Positions 30,803 to 43,098 of a DNA stretch of 64,000 nt are shown here, piece by piece. The number at the start of each line of letters is the position of its first letter. Position 1 is the first letter of the stretch. The notes under the pieces were generated by a model. It saw only the letters and a list, made by a program, of their open reading frames with translations. It had not been told where the DNA came from and did no database searches. Position numbers and translations under genes: made by a program. The DNA is taken from positions 35,836,001 to 35,900,000 of the forward strand of contig OX597819.1 in NCBI GenBank assembly GCA_951406725.2. The letters are read 5' to 3'. This DNA comes from Octopus vulgaris (Eukaryota).

Positions 30803-32071
30803 CGAGGGGCGTTCAATAAGTAATGCCCCTGACCCACTTCCCATAGCAGTAGAGCAACGACACTTGGCACAGTTATTAGTCTTTTCCTACATAAGAACTA
30901 CCCAGAGTTATGCATTTCTCCCATCGTTTGATACAGCTCTGGAGACCGTTTTTGTAGAAGACCCCAGCTTGGTCCTCCAACCACGACGTGACTTCAGAAA
31001 TCAAGGCTGCATCATCTGGGAAACGCTTTCCTTTCAAAATCAACTTCATGGCTGGGAAGAAGTGAAAATCAGTGGGTGAAAGGGGAGGAGTTCATAGCTG
31101 CACGCCTGTGCTTCTGATCTGGCGACACGCGAGTTGTGGACCGGAGCGTTGTCCTGCAGGAGGAGGATGCCTTTGCTGATCTTGCCCCGCCTCTTGATTT
31201 TGATAGCTTCTCTTAATTTCCTCAAAAGTGAAGCATAATAGGCTCCTGTAATTGTGGTACCCTTTGCCAGGAAATCTGTCATCACTACTCCGTCCTGGTC
31301 TCAGAAGACTGTGAGCATAACCTTGTCAGCGGAGGGCTGTACCCTTGCCTTCTTTGGAGGATGTGAGTGACGGTGCTTTCACTGCATTGACTGGGCTTTG
31401 GTCTCTGGATCATAGTGATGGACCCAGGTTTTATCCTGTGTGATCAGCCTTTTGAAAAATTTTGACTCATCTTCTTGGCACATCTCCAAATTCATCCTCG
31501 AGCACTCAACGCGTTCTTGCTTCTGGAAAGGTGTGAGCAACCTGGAAATCCATCTGGCAGCCACCTTTTGCATATGCAAATGGTCATGAATGATAGTTTC
31601 CACAGACCCGGTACTAATCTTGACCTTATGGGCTATTTTGCGAATAGTTATGCGTTGACCTTCCAAAATGGCAGCCTCAACTTGACGGACAGACGTCTCA
31701 TCAACGGCAGAAGGGGCGACCAGATCTGGGAGCTGTTTCCACAGAGTTCCGACTATGTTTGAATTCACAATGCCAGCGTTTTACAAGGTCATATGATGGG
31801 GCATCATCACCATAAGTTACTTTCATTTCATCAAAAGTCTCCCGTGGTGTGCGCCCTTTCAAATACAAAAACCAGATCACTGCTCGACACTCAACAGGCT
31901 CCATTTCACACTTGACTCAGTTCAAACACCTGTAAATCAGAAACCACAATTAGTTCAGAGCTGTAATTCGTCACTTAATCTATAGAGGTATAAATAAGTG
32001 CACATGCAAAATTTCAGCTACATCAAACAACTGCAAGTGGGTCAGGGGCATTACTTATTGAACGCCCCTCG
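30803..32071 (-). mobile_element. Complete mariner transposon (irritans-like), transposase frameshifted
   Basis: Perfect 37-bp TIR CGAGGGGCGTTCAATAAGTAATGCCCCTGACCCACTT with TA TSD. ATG at 31904 gives MEPVECRAVIWFL; also ITQDKTWVHHYDPE and LLLQDNAPVH. The YSPDL motif region is damaged. Confidence 0.95.
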
Positions 32072-32103
32072 TACAGGCACACATACATACATACATACAT
32101 ACA

Positions 32104-32136
<33 letters not shown>

Positions 32137-32397
32137 GCACACATACATACATACATACATACATGCACACATAAATACATACATGCACACATAAATACAT
32201 ACATACATACATACATACATGCACACATAAATACATACATACATACATGCATGCATACATACATACATACATGCATACATACATACATACATACATACAT
32301 ACATACATACATACATACATACATACATTTGTGTTAGTAAAGCAGCTCTTCCACTATTGTAACTCTTCTTCCTGCTCTTCATCGCAGGCAAAAATAA

Positions 32398-33100
32398 TGG
32401 TTTCCAAGCAGAAGCAATGTACCATCATTAAATTGTTGACAAAAGAAGGGTGCAAGCTATTTGCTATATACAGAAGACTAGGCTACAGATTGTTTATGAA
32501 GATGACACCCTTCACATGAGTAATGTGCACAGATGGACGAAGCTTTGAAAGTAACCCACTCAATTTGAGGCCATTAACTACAACCATTGACCTGAACTAT
32601 CAGCAAGTGACTAAATTGATCTGTACAAACGATCAAAATTTGTGAGCTTGCAGTACAACTGCAATCTGTGGAAGCACATGGCCTAGTGGTTAGAACAGCG
32701 GACTCGCGGTCGAGGGATCGCAGGTTCGAATCTCAGACCGGGCGATGTGTGTGTTTATGAGCGAAAACACCTAAGCTCCACACGGCTCCGGCAGAAGGTA
32801 ATGGCAAACTTCTGCTGACGCTTTCGCCACAACTTTCTCTCACTCTTTCCTCCTGCATCTTGCAGTTCACCGGCGTCCTGTCCAGGCGGGGAACCTATAC
32901 ACCAAGGAAACCGGGAAACCATCCCTTATGAGCCAGGCATGGCTCAAGAAGGAACAAACAGGAACTGCAATCTGGTCATAATATATTACAGAAGATGGTG
33001 GAGGACTTTGGGAATTGGATAGGAAGTGCAAAATGGGTAAATCAGCAGGTGACTGTTGATTTGGAGGATGGAAATGCATAATCCTGCTCTGATCTGTTGG
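32398..33100 (+). pseudogene. Old mariner transposase N-terminal relic split by a SINE
   Basis: MVSKQKQCTIIKLLTKEGCKLFAIYRRL resembles the mariner HTH start; it continues after the SINE toward ..AKWV. Confidence 0.5.
32669..32962 (+). mobile_element. Full-length SINE family A, tail type 2
   Basis: A box TGGCCTAGTGG, B box GGTTCGAATCTC; 12-bp TSD AACTGCAATCTG at 32657-32668 and 32963-32974. Confidence 0.92.
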
Positions 33101-33199
33101 AACTTTTCAAGTCAATGAAAAAAATTAGTTGGTTATAGATATACATCTCATGTTGGCTGAATAAAGCCTGAACTTTTTGGGGACTGGGCCAGACAATTA

Positions 33200-33542
33200 G
33201 ATCAACCACAGTACACAATTAGTAGTTAATTTATCGACCCTGAAAGGATGAAAGGCAAAGTTAACCTCAGTGGAATTTGAACTCAGAACATAAAGACAGA
33301 TAAAATACCTATTTCTTTATTACCCACAAGGGGCTAAACACAGAGGGGACAAACAAGGACAGACAAACGAATTAAGTCGAGTATATCGACCCCAGTGCAT
33401 AACTGGTACTTATTGAATCGACCCTGAAAGGATGAAAGGCAAGGTCAACCTCGGCAGAATTTGAACTCAGAACATAAAGACAGACAAAATACCACTAAGC
33501 ATTTTGCCTGGCATGCTACCATTTTTGCTAGCTTGCTGCCTT
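33200..33542 (-). mobile_element. Nested or duplicated SINE family B copies
   Basis: Core ATCGACCCTGAAAGGATGAAAGGCAA occurs twice (33232, 33417) around the same tail as 1579-1660. Confidence 0.8.
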
Positions 33543-33973
33543 CAAAATCTTTTGATATTAGTAAATACTGCAGTGTGTACATGAAAGTCCCCTCCTTCTC
33601 CGCAGTAATAATGAATGGGTGGATTAATGAATGAATGAGTTGATAATTACCTTTCTTCAGGTATGTATGTTATGTCATAACCCTTTCTACACAGTAAAGG
33701 TTATGGTATAAATGGAAACTCTCTTTGTAAAAGTATAGAAGCTCCACCAATGCTCTGCAGTTTAATATTTCATAGTACCGTGATGCATTGAATAGAAAAA
33801 ACTTGTTTTATACTGTCAGTGTTTACCAACATTGTTCCAATAGTGTTCCATACATTACAGATCCACAACATGCATGTATTGATGTGTTCAAACAATAGAA
33901 TTTATGCCTGGCATTTGATCTACAGTAGAATAGTATAGTGTATAATTTATATTCTCAATTTTTTTTTGTATGG

Positions 33974-34004
<31 letters not shown>

Positions 34005-34013
34005 AATATATAT

Positions 34014-34077
<64 letters not shown>

Positions 34078-34160
34078 CAAAAGAAAAACAGGACACAAAG
34101 GATATATATATATAAGTATATATATATATAAACATAGATATATATGAATATATTTATACA

Positions 34161-34283
<123 letters not shown>

Positions 34284-35839
34284 ATCCTAACATGAACAAA
34301 GAGAAAACACAACAACACGAAGACGTGGAATAAGTATAGTGTTATTGGATGCTCAGGAAAGGAAAAAAAAGGAGGATTTCACGTTTTGAGCAGAGATCTT
34401 CGTCATCATCAGAAATATAGAAAAAAAGAGAAAAAGTCCAAAGAAGGGAAGACGGAGAAAGAAAATTGCCAATGATACACATGCAGTCACATATTGAAAT
34501 ATATATATATATATATATATATATATTTCTTGACCACACGTACTACATTCGCAGCTAACACTAAAAAACATGTATTATATATTTACTAATACTAATACGC
34601 TTGTTTCTTTACGTGAGCTAAGCAGTTTACATCGTCTTCCCTAATTCCTCTCATCATTATTATGTGCCGATAATTTCCCCCTTTCTCCACCGTCTCCCCT
34701 AAATATCCCTTTATTATTATGTGCTGATAATTTCTCCCTTTCTCCATATCACTTTGTCTGTTCTTCGCCCTAAATTATCCTTCATTTTTATGCGCTGATA
34801 ATTTCTCCCTTTCTCCATATTCCTACGATAATTATCTACGATAATTTGCCCGTTCAAGTCTCCACTCTCCCCTCTATCAAACTTCGCCATCTTGAAGTCT
34901 GTTTCTTTAGTACACTTCCGTCTTGTCCGCTCTTAAACTCAAAATCCCCTTCCGGTCAATTTATACTTAAAAGGTCACCCCCCATGTGCTCTATTATTCA
35001 TTCATCTAGCAGCGAGCGATGCCTGAGTACAGATAAGCTAAAAATTTCTTTTCACTTCTTGACCACACGTACTACATTCGCAGCTAACACTAAAAACATG
35101 TATTATCTATTTACTAATACTAATACGCTTGTTTCTTTACGTGAGCTAAGCAGTTGACATCGTCTTCCCTATTGCCCGTTCATGTCTTCACTCTCCCCTC
35201 TATCAAACTTCGCGCATTCGCGGTGCACCCGCCCTTGCCCACCCCCACCACCAATACCGGATATATCTATATTTTGCTCCATCGATACTGGATGTCACTT
35301 CTCCCACCACCATTATGGGTGTCTACTCCTCGAACCCCCCTCTTCAATACGCTATTTCACCATGTATTACCCCTCTCGTGATATCCTACGTTCTACTTGT
35401 CTAGAACCTGTCATCGTTTCTCCGAACACCCCTCCCCACTGGTGCTCCCCTATATTACTGCACCCTCTCCCCATCCCCCTCACTCTCTCTTTTCCCTGGT
35501 AGAACCCCCAACCCCCACCCCCAGCCCATCTCTAGAATATCCATGTTTCTGCTACACTGCTTAAACCACGTCACTCAATGACCATAATGCTTGCTTAGAA
35601 TACTACTAACACCTAGAATTTCAGTATTTCTACCACAGAGCTTACATCTACACCATCAATGACTTTAGTGCTTGTGCTTACAATGCTGCTAACACCTGAC
35701 CCCGCCTACCACAGGGGCCAGAACCTTAACATGCCTAAATGCTTGAATGTTGTCAGGTCAGAAGAGAGAGAGATCAGATGAAAATGCCTAAAAATCGATC
35801 ACCGCCATCACAACAACCCTCTTCTTTTCAGGCACCGAA

Positions 35840-38418
35840 TTGCACCCCTCCCCCCACATCTCCTTCCCAGTTTTCAGAGTTGGCACTGTCAATGTTGGTA
35901 CACTGAAAGGTAGGTCTAGTGAGATTGTAGAGATGCTTGAGAGAAGACGGGTTGATGTATGCTGCATACAAGAGAGGTGGAGAGGTGCTTCAGCCAGGGT
36001 CCTCACAGGCAAGGCACATAGGTATTTAAAGTCTTCTGGCAAGATAACATGGATGGGGTAGGGGGTGTAGGCATTCTCCTTGCGAAGAAATGGGTGGATA
36101 AGGTCATAGAGGTTGTCAGGGTTTGTGACAGTGCTTAAGCTCAGGTTAGTCCTACAGAGTGGCACAGCTACGATTATCTCCGCCTATGCCTCACAAGCGG
36201 GCCTACCAAATGATCAGAAGGACCACTTTTATGATACCCTTCTTCAGGCTACCTCAAAGACTAGTGGCAAGGACCTCATCTTTGTGGGTGAAGACTTTAA
36301 TGGGCATGTTGGGCAGGAATCGGGTATCTTCACTGGGGTTCACGGTGGCCATGGTATTGGCACCAGAAATGAGGAGGGAACTAGACTACTGGAATTCTGT
36401 GATGCATGTAACCTTTTAATCTGCAACACTAACTTCAGGAAGCCTGACTGCCACCTTATAACTTATCAGTCAGGGGACTCCGCTAGCCAAATAGACTTCA
36501 TCCTCACCAGACAGCGGGATGCAGGGTCGCTCTTAAATACAAAGACTTTCCCGGGTGAAGAGTGTATCCCTCAGCATAGGCTAATAATTAGTGACTTTAG
36601 GCTTGAGGCCAGAAGGACTCCAAGAAATAGACCAATCCAGAAAAGAAGGATTTGGAAGCTAAAGAACCCTTCACATGGTCAGAGATTTAGGGACATCCTC
36701 ATCAAGAAATTTGATGAGAGGGAGGAGGAGCTACAGTCGTCGGACATAGAAGGTAGCTGGAAATTCCTACGGGACAGCTTGCTGAGTGCCACAGACCAAG
36801 TCTGTGGATGGGGCAAAGTTCCTTCCAGACCTAGAGTTACGTGGTGGTGGAATAGTGCAGTAGACAAAGCCATTAGTTCTAAGAAACAGGCCTGGAGAGC
36901 CTGGAGGGATGGGGGTAGCAGGGAACCGTACCAAGTAGCCAAAAGGGAGGCCGGGCGGCAGGTATACATAGCCAAAGATATAGCAGAAAAGAAGAAGTTT
37001 GCCAATGTCCAGCGACGTGAGGACCAAAGTACTGAGGTATTTCGTATTGCTAGACAGTGTGTGAGAGAAAATAGTGATATTACAGGAGAGAAATGTGTCC
37101 GCATGGATGATGGGGCACTTGCCTTTAATGTTGGTGAAAAGAAAGAGGCTTAGAGAAGCCATTATGAAAGACTGCTGAATGTGGAGAATGAATGGGAGGA
37201 GGAGAGCCTGCCAAATGTTGACCCAGTAGAGGGACCAGCTATCCGAATAGACGGCTCCCTAGTAGATAAAGCAATTAAGGATATGAAACCGGGTAAAGCC
37301 CCCGGCCCATCAGGAATCACTGCTGAGATGCTTAAAACAGCTGGTTATGCAGGCTATGGCCTAGTCACCCGTATTGTTAACCAGGTAGTTCACAATGGAG
37401 TCATACCCAATGACTGGTGTAGCAGCACCATAGTCAACTGCTACAAGGGTAAGGGTGATGCTCTAGATAGAAATAACTACAGGGGTATTAAACTGTTGGA
37501 TCAGGTGATGAAGACCACAGAGAGGGTCATAACCCATCTCATTAGGGAGAGAATTTGCTTAGATGAGATGCAGTTCGGTTTTGTGCCAGGTAGAAGCACC
37601 ACTGATGCTATATTCCTGGTCCGACAACTGCAGGAGAAGTACCTAGCTAAAGATAAACCCCTCTACATAGCTTTTGTGGACTTGGAGAAATCCTTTGACA
37701 GGGTTCCCCGATCCCTTATCTGGTGGTCGATGCGGAATCTGTTGATTGACGAATGGCTAATAAGGGCTGTACAGGCTCTATACAGAGAGGCTGTCAGCAA
37801 GGTTAGGATTGGCAACGAATATAGTGAAGAATTCCGGGTAGAAGTAGGTGTACACCAGGGCTCAGCCCTCAGTCCCCTTTTATTCATCATAGTCCTCCAG
37901 GCAATAACAGAGGAATTCAAAACAGGTTGCCCCTGGGAGCTCCTCTATGCTGATGACCTGGCCCTCATAGCAGAATCGCTACTGGAACTAAAAAAGAAAT
38001 TTCGGGTGTGGAAACAAGGGTTAGAATCTAAGGGCCTTAGAGTAAATGTAGCGAAGACCAAAGTTATAGTATGCAGAAAGGCGAACTCAGCACACACCCC
38101 ATCGGGCAGGTGACCCTGCTCGAGCTGTAGGAAAGGTGTAGGTAGAAACTCCATAAGATGCACCCAGTGTAAGCTATGGACGCATAAGAGGTGCAGCAAC
38201 ATCAAAGGGAAATTAACTGATAAGATAGCTTTCATGTGCGGCAGATGCACAGGGACAATAAACACCACAGACACTAAAAAAACAGATTCCATCACACTCC
38301 AGGGAGAGAAACTAGAAGTAGTTGATAGTTTCCGCTACCTGGGTGACCAAGTTAGTAGTGGAGGTGGATGCACAGAGAGTGTCACCACTAGAATACGAAA
38401 AGCCTGAGCAAAGTTTAG
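35840..38418 (+). pseudogene. RTE ORF: APE endonuclease, reverse transcriptase, PHD finger
   Basis: GTVNVGTL, CIQE, GEDFNGHVG, SQIDFIL, QHRL; GKAPGPSGI, NYRGIKLL, QFGFVPGRST, FVDLEKSFD, GVHQGSALSPLLF, LLYADD, FRYLG. Stops at 37151, 38111 and 38405. Confidence 0.95.
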
Positions 38419-38845
38419 AAAATTTTCGAAAAATTTTGGAGAAAATTTTCGGTGAAAATTTTCGAATAATTTTGTGGTAAAATTTTCAGTGAAAATTTTC
38501 GAAAAATTTTTGGGTATCGGTGAAAATTTTTGGGGAAAATTTTCGGTGAAAATTTTCGAATAATTTTGTGGTAAAATTTTCAGTGAAAATTTTCGAAAGA
38601 TTTTTGGGTATATTTTATCGTTGAAAATTTTCGAAAACATTTTATGGAAAATTTTTAGGGAAAATTTTCCAAAAATTTTTGGGGAAAATTTTCGGCAAAA
38701 GTTTTCAAAAATTTTGGGGAAAATTATCGTAAAATTTTTGGTTAAAATTTTCGGTGAAAGTTTTCCAAAAATTTTTGGGGAAATTTTTCGAGAAAATTAT
38801 CGGTGAAAATTTTCGAAAATTTTTGGTTAAAATTTTCGGTGAAAT
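38419..38845. repeat. Periodic AAAATTTT array, part of an ~830-bp insert in the LINE
   Basis: A3-5/T3-5 tracts about every 11-13 bp with short CG/GG/CGGTG linkers. Confidence 0.9.
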
Positions 38846-38876
38846 ATATATATTTATATATATATATATATATATA

Positions 38877-38912
<36 letters not shown>

Positions 38913-38949
38913 AATGTGTATATGTATAAATATATATATATATACATAA

Positions 38950-39003
<54 letters not shown>

Positions 39004-39252
39004 GTATATACTGAAGTTTAGGAAATATTTTTCAACGATTTACGGTGTATATAATTTTAAAGACAATTGCGTTTTTTTTTTCGTTACTAAACAACCTTAA
39101 GTACAGTCAAACATTTTTTTTTCAAAGTAGACCAATACAGGCGACAACTTGGGTCAAGAGATATCTTCCAACGAACTGTTAGAAATAGCAGCCGATTTTT
39201 TTAAAAGTCAAACTGAACAATGCAGTATTGGATTTACAACAAAGTGGGATGG

Positions 39253-39680
39253 CCAGAGTGAAAGGTAGATTGTATGATGCATGTGTGCGAACTGCCATGC
39301 TTCACGGCAGTGAAACATGGGTCGTGACTGCAGAGGACATGCGTAGACTTGAAAGAAATGAAGCTAGCATGATCCGCTGGATGTGTAATGTCAGTGTGAA
39401 TGCACGACAAGGTGTAAGCACCCTGAGAGAAATTCTAGGCTTAAGAAGCATCAGATGCGGTGTGCAAGAGCGACGCTTGCGATGGTATGGTCATGTACTG
39501 CGGATGGATGAGGAAAGATGTGTGAAGAAGCCACTCCTGAACAGTTGAAAGAATCAGGAGGAGAGGTAGACCCAGGAAGACATGGGATGACAAGCATGAC
39601 CTCAGAGCTTTGGCCTCACTGAGGCAATGGCGAAGGACCGAGATCTCTGGAGATGTGCTGTGACTACTAAGACCCGGGAT
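39253..39680 (+). pseudogene. RTE ORF C-terminus
   Basis: RVKGRLYDACVRTAMLHGSETW, ERRLRWYGHVLRM, GRPRKTW, DRDLWRCAV. Confidence 0.92.
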
Positions 39681-39728
39681 GCTTCCGGCACCAGTTCCGC
39701 ATACCCCCTGCCCATCCAAAGTACCTTG

Positions 39729-41090
39729 ATCCCGGAACATCTTGCTGTGCTTGAGGAGACCTGTCGAGTCAAATGCATATACATGAACATCGAACTATAT
39801 CAATGGAAACAGTAGCCGTGATACCTGTGCCGGTGACACATAAAAAGCACCATCCGAACGTGGCCGTTGCCAGTGCAGCCTCCACTGGCTTCTGTGCTGG
39901 TGGCACACAAAAAGCACCATCCGAACGTGACCGATGCCAACCCCGCCTCGAATGGCTTCTGTGCCGGTGGCACATAAAAAGCACCACCCGAACGTGGCCG
40001 ATGCCAGCACCGCCTTGACTGGCTTCTCTGCCGGTGGCACATAAAAAGCACCAACCGATCGTGGGATCCCGGAACATCTCGCTGTGCTTGAGGAGACCTG
40101 TTGAGTCAAGTGCATGTACATGAACATCGAACCAAATATCAATGGAAACAGTAGTTGTGATTCCTGTGCCGGTGACACATAAAAAGCACCATCCGAACGT
40201 GGCCGTTGCCAGTGCAGCCTCCACTGGCTTCTGTGCCGGTGGCACATAAAAGGCACCATCCGAACGTGACCGATGCCAACCCTGCCTTGAATGGCTTCTG
40301 TGCTGGTGGCACATGAACATCGAACCGAATATCAATGGAAACAGTAGTTGTGATACCTGTGCCGGTGGCACATAAAAAGCTCCATCCGAACGTGACCGAT
40401 GCCAACCCCGCCAGCACCATCCGAACGTGGCCGTTGCCAGTGCAGCCTCCACTGGCTTCTGTGCTGGTGGCACATAAAAAGCTCCATCCGAACGTGACCG
40501 ATGCCAACCCCGCCTCGAATGGCTTCTGTGCCGGTGGCACATAAAAAGCACCATCCGAACGTGGCTGATACCAGCACCGCCCCGACTGGCTTCTGTGCCG
40601 GGGGCACATAAAAAGCACTATCCGAGCGTGGCCGACGCCAGCACCGCCTCGACTGGCTTCTGTGCAGGTGGCACATAAAAAGCACCAACCGATCGTGAGA
40701 TCCCGGAACATCTTGCTGTGCTTGAGGAGACCTGTTGAGTCAAGTGCATGTACATGAACACCGAACCAAATATCAATGGAAACAGTAGTTGTGATACCTG
40801 TGCCGGTGACACATAAAAAGCACCATCCGAACATGGCCGTTGCCAGTGCAGCCTCCACTGGCTTCTGTGCCGGTGGCACATAAAAAGCACCATCCGAATG
40901 TGACCGATGCCAACTCTGCCTCGAATGGCTTCTGTGCCGGTGGCACATAAAAAGCACCATCCGAACGTGGCCGATGCCAGCACCGCCTTGACTGGCTTCT
41001 GTGCCAGTGGCACGTAAAAAAGCACCAACCGATCATGGCCGATGCCAGACCCCTCTGGCACCTGTGCAGGTGGCACGTTAAAAGCACCCA
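39729..41090 (+). repeat. Higher-order tandem array of ~67-bp double-hairpin monomers in the LINE 3' UTR
   Basis: Monomer TGTGCCGGTGGCACATAAAAAGCACCATCCGAACGTGGCCG..GCCAG...CTGGCTTC; header GATCCCGGAACATC at 39729, 40066 and 40700. Confidence 0.9.
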
Positions 41091-41297
41091 CTACACTCGC
41101 GGAGTGGTTGGCGTTAGGAAGGGCATCCAGCTGTAGAAACACTGCCAGATCAGACTGGAGCCTGGGGCAGCCCCTGGCTCCCCAGACCCCGGTCGAACCA
41201 TCCAACCCGTGCTAGCGCGGAAAATGGACGTTAAACGATGATGATGATGATGATGATATATATATCTGTAAATGTAATATGTGACAATTATTCGGTA

Positions 41298-41367
41298 GCC
41301 AAGATAAAACTCTGAGTTTCGGATGACGAGGTGGAAATCCACACCACCATCTCTTCAGTTATCCGGC
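41298..41367 (-). ncRNA. Type I hammerhead ribozyme (intact core)
   Basis: GCCGGATAA-CTGAAGA-GATGGTGGTGTGG ATTT CCACCTCGTCATCC-GAAAC TCAGA GTT-TTATCTTGGC: stem I, CUGANGA box, stem II, GAAA, short stem III and UH site. Confidence 0.8.
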
Positions 41368-42219
41368 CATCGGAAAAACGGTATGAAAAAAGACCGTTAT
41401 ACAAAGGGAAATTACTGTGTTATTCATGCAATTTAGACAAATGCGCTATTCGAATGACCGCTAATTAAGGTAAGGGGGTAAAAAGTTCATAGTATATGCG
41501 TAAGCGCGTCTGTTCATATGTACACATGTGCACCCGCACACCCACGTGTGTACGCATACATCACTAGAAAAACGTGCATGTCTTCACTCGTATCTTTTGC
41601 CAAATGTATATGCATATAAATACAAATCCACACATGCACACGTGCACCGTAAAAGTTCATACATACGTCTACATACGCATAAGCACAAGAAAAAACAGGG
41701 TTACGGGTAACAATACAGAAAAAAGGCATAAGGCAGTATACAAAGAGTAAGCCACATTCATATACAGACATACCCTTATGCACGCACACACACACTTGCC
41801 CATATATTCACATACCCGCACACGTCTATCTACACATACACACACTCACACGCACAAAGAGGATTATACATACGTCTAAAAAAAAACACAGGAAAAATTG
41901 TAAAAACACTGAGTAAAATACGTCTATATATATATGTACTCATATGCCCACGCACACACACACATCTATATACATACATACCCGCACACATGTACACATC
42001 CACATGCGCATACAAATGATTCCATATACACATCTATATAGGCACAGGGAAAAATGCAGGGTGGAAGGTAGAGTACAGAAAAAAGTACGTGTAAAAAAAA
42101 TATATTTATAAACCAAATTCTCTATAATATATATATAAAAAATATAAATAAAATAAAAGTAAAAGGTATAATGAGATAAAAAAAAACTTGTGTGTGGACA
42201 TAATATAGAAAGCACGTTC

Positions 42220-42895
42220 TATCTGTAGTCTTGGGGGGATCAAAATGTAACAAAAATTTGGTCACATGTGGGTATGATCCGAAAAGTTTTGTCCTTGAGT
42301 TTAGACATGTAGCAGGGTCTAAGCTGCTTTACCAGATGAGCCATCTTTCCATATTGCATAGACCGCACTTTCCGCTGCCGTTGGTATAGGGCTTACATTT
42401 GGCTAAAATCTTCCAATGGATGTAACTGACACCTTTATCTTTTAATGACCATATATGACTGGATAATTTTGTTGATTTCCTTTTGTCGCAGTGCCTAAAG
42501 CTCAAGGTGTGATTATTAAACCTGGCCTTGAAATTATCTTCTGTAAGGCCCACGTATTTCTTCGTCGAAACCGTGTCTTTAGTGGGTATAGAGTCCACGG
42601 TAGCTTTGTAGATGATGGTCTCGGACATGCAAGCTCCATTTAGCAGGCACAATTTTTTATCTCTGCATGAACAGCTGTTTTCGTATTGTGTGTTGTGTGC
42701 AATTATATTTTTAAAATTGGTAGTTGAGCTGAAACTAATTTTTAAGTTATGCTTATTGAAGAGCTTCCTGTAAGTATGGTTGACTGGAAAATGTTTATCT
42801 ATCAGTGCTAAGAAATATTTGCCTGTATTGAAGGTCACCTCAGATGAGTAGGGAGGAGTGAACCAGATGATCTTCCTATTTCTATTTCTCCTCTT
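42220..42895 (-). pseudogene. Penelope linker + GIY-YIG endonuclease (Naiad-like CxCx5Cx5C linker)
   Basis: RKIIWFTPPYS..KHFP..KLFNKHNLKISFS, CSCRDKKLCLLNGAC, IIYKATV, YVGLTEDNFKARFNNH, CGLCNME, a premature TAA, then CLNSRTKL..HVTKFLL. Confidence 0.9.
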
Positions 42896-43028
42896 CTTTA
42901 TACTTATGAACTTTTTACCCCCTTACCTTAATTAGCAGTCATTCGAATAGCGCTTTTGTCTAAATAGCGTCAATAACACAGTAATTTCCCTTTGTATAAC
43001 GGTCTATTTTCATAGCGTTTTTCTGATG

Positions 43029-43098
43029 GCCAGATAACTGAAGAGATGGTGGTGTGGATTTCCACCTCGGCATCCAAAACTCAGAGTTTTATCTTGGC
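43029..43098 (+). ncRNA. Hammerhead ribozyme copy with GAAA>AAAA core mutation
   Basis: Same sequence as 41298-41367 but CATCCAAAAC in place of CATCCGAAAC. Confidence 0.7.

Larger units (their letters stand above)
34526..41255 (+). mobile_element. Near full-length inactive RTE-clade LINE (repetitive 5' region, APE-RT ORF, array 3' UTR, (GAT)n tail)
   Basis: Continuous coding homology 35840-38418 and 39253-39680, followed by the array and the GGACGTTAAAC(GAT)n end. TA tracts on both sides; the 5' boundary is inferred. Confidence 0.8.

Noticed and set aside
32669-32745. tRNA gene (also 50148 and 1830-1871)
   Set aside because: A and B boxes are present, but the sequence continues into a SINE body with tail and TSD; the cloverleaf is poor.
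38335-39014. ORFs with KIF/ENF repeats
   Set aside because: They are by-products of the self-complementary AAAATTTT array on both strands.
41370-42895. Selenocysteine/SECIS as reported for some Naiad elements
   Set aside because: The only stop seen in the retained ORF is TAA, not TGA, and I found no SECIS core shared by both pLTR copies.
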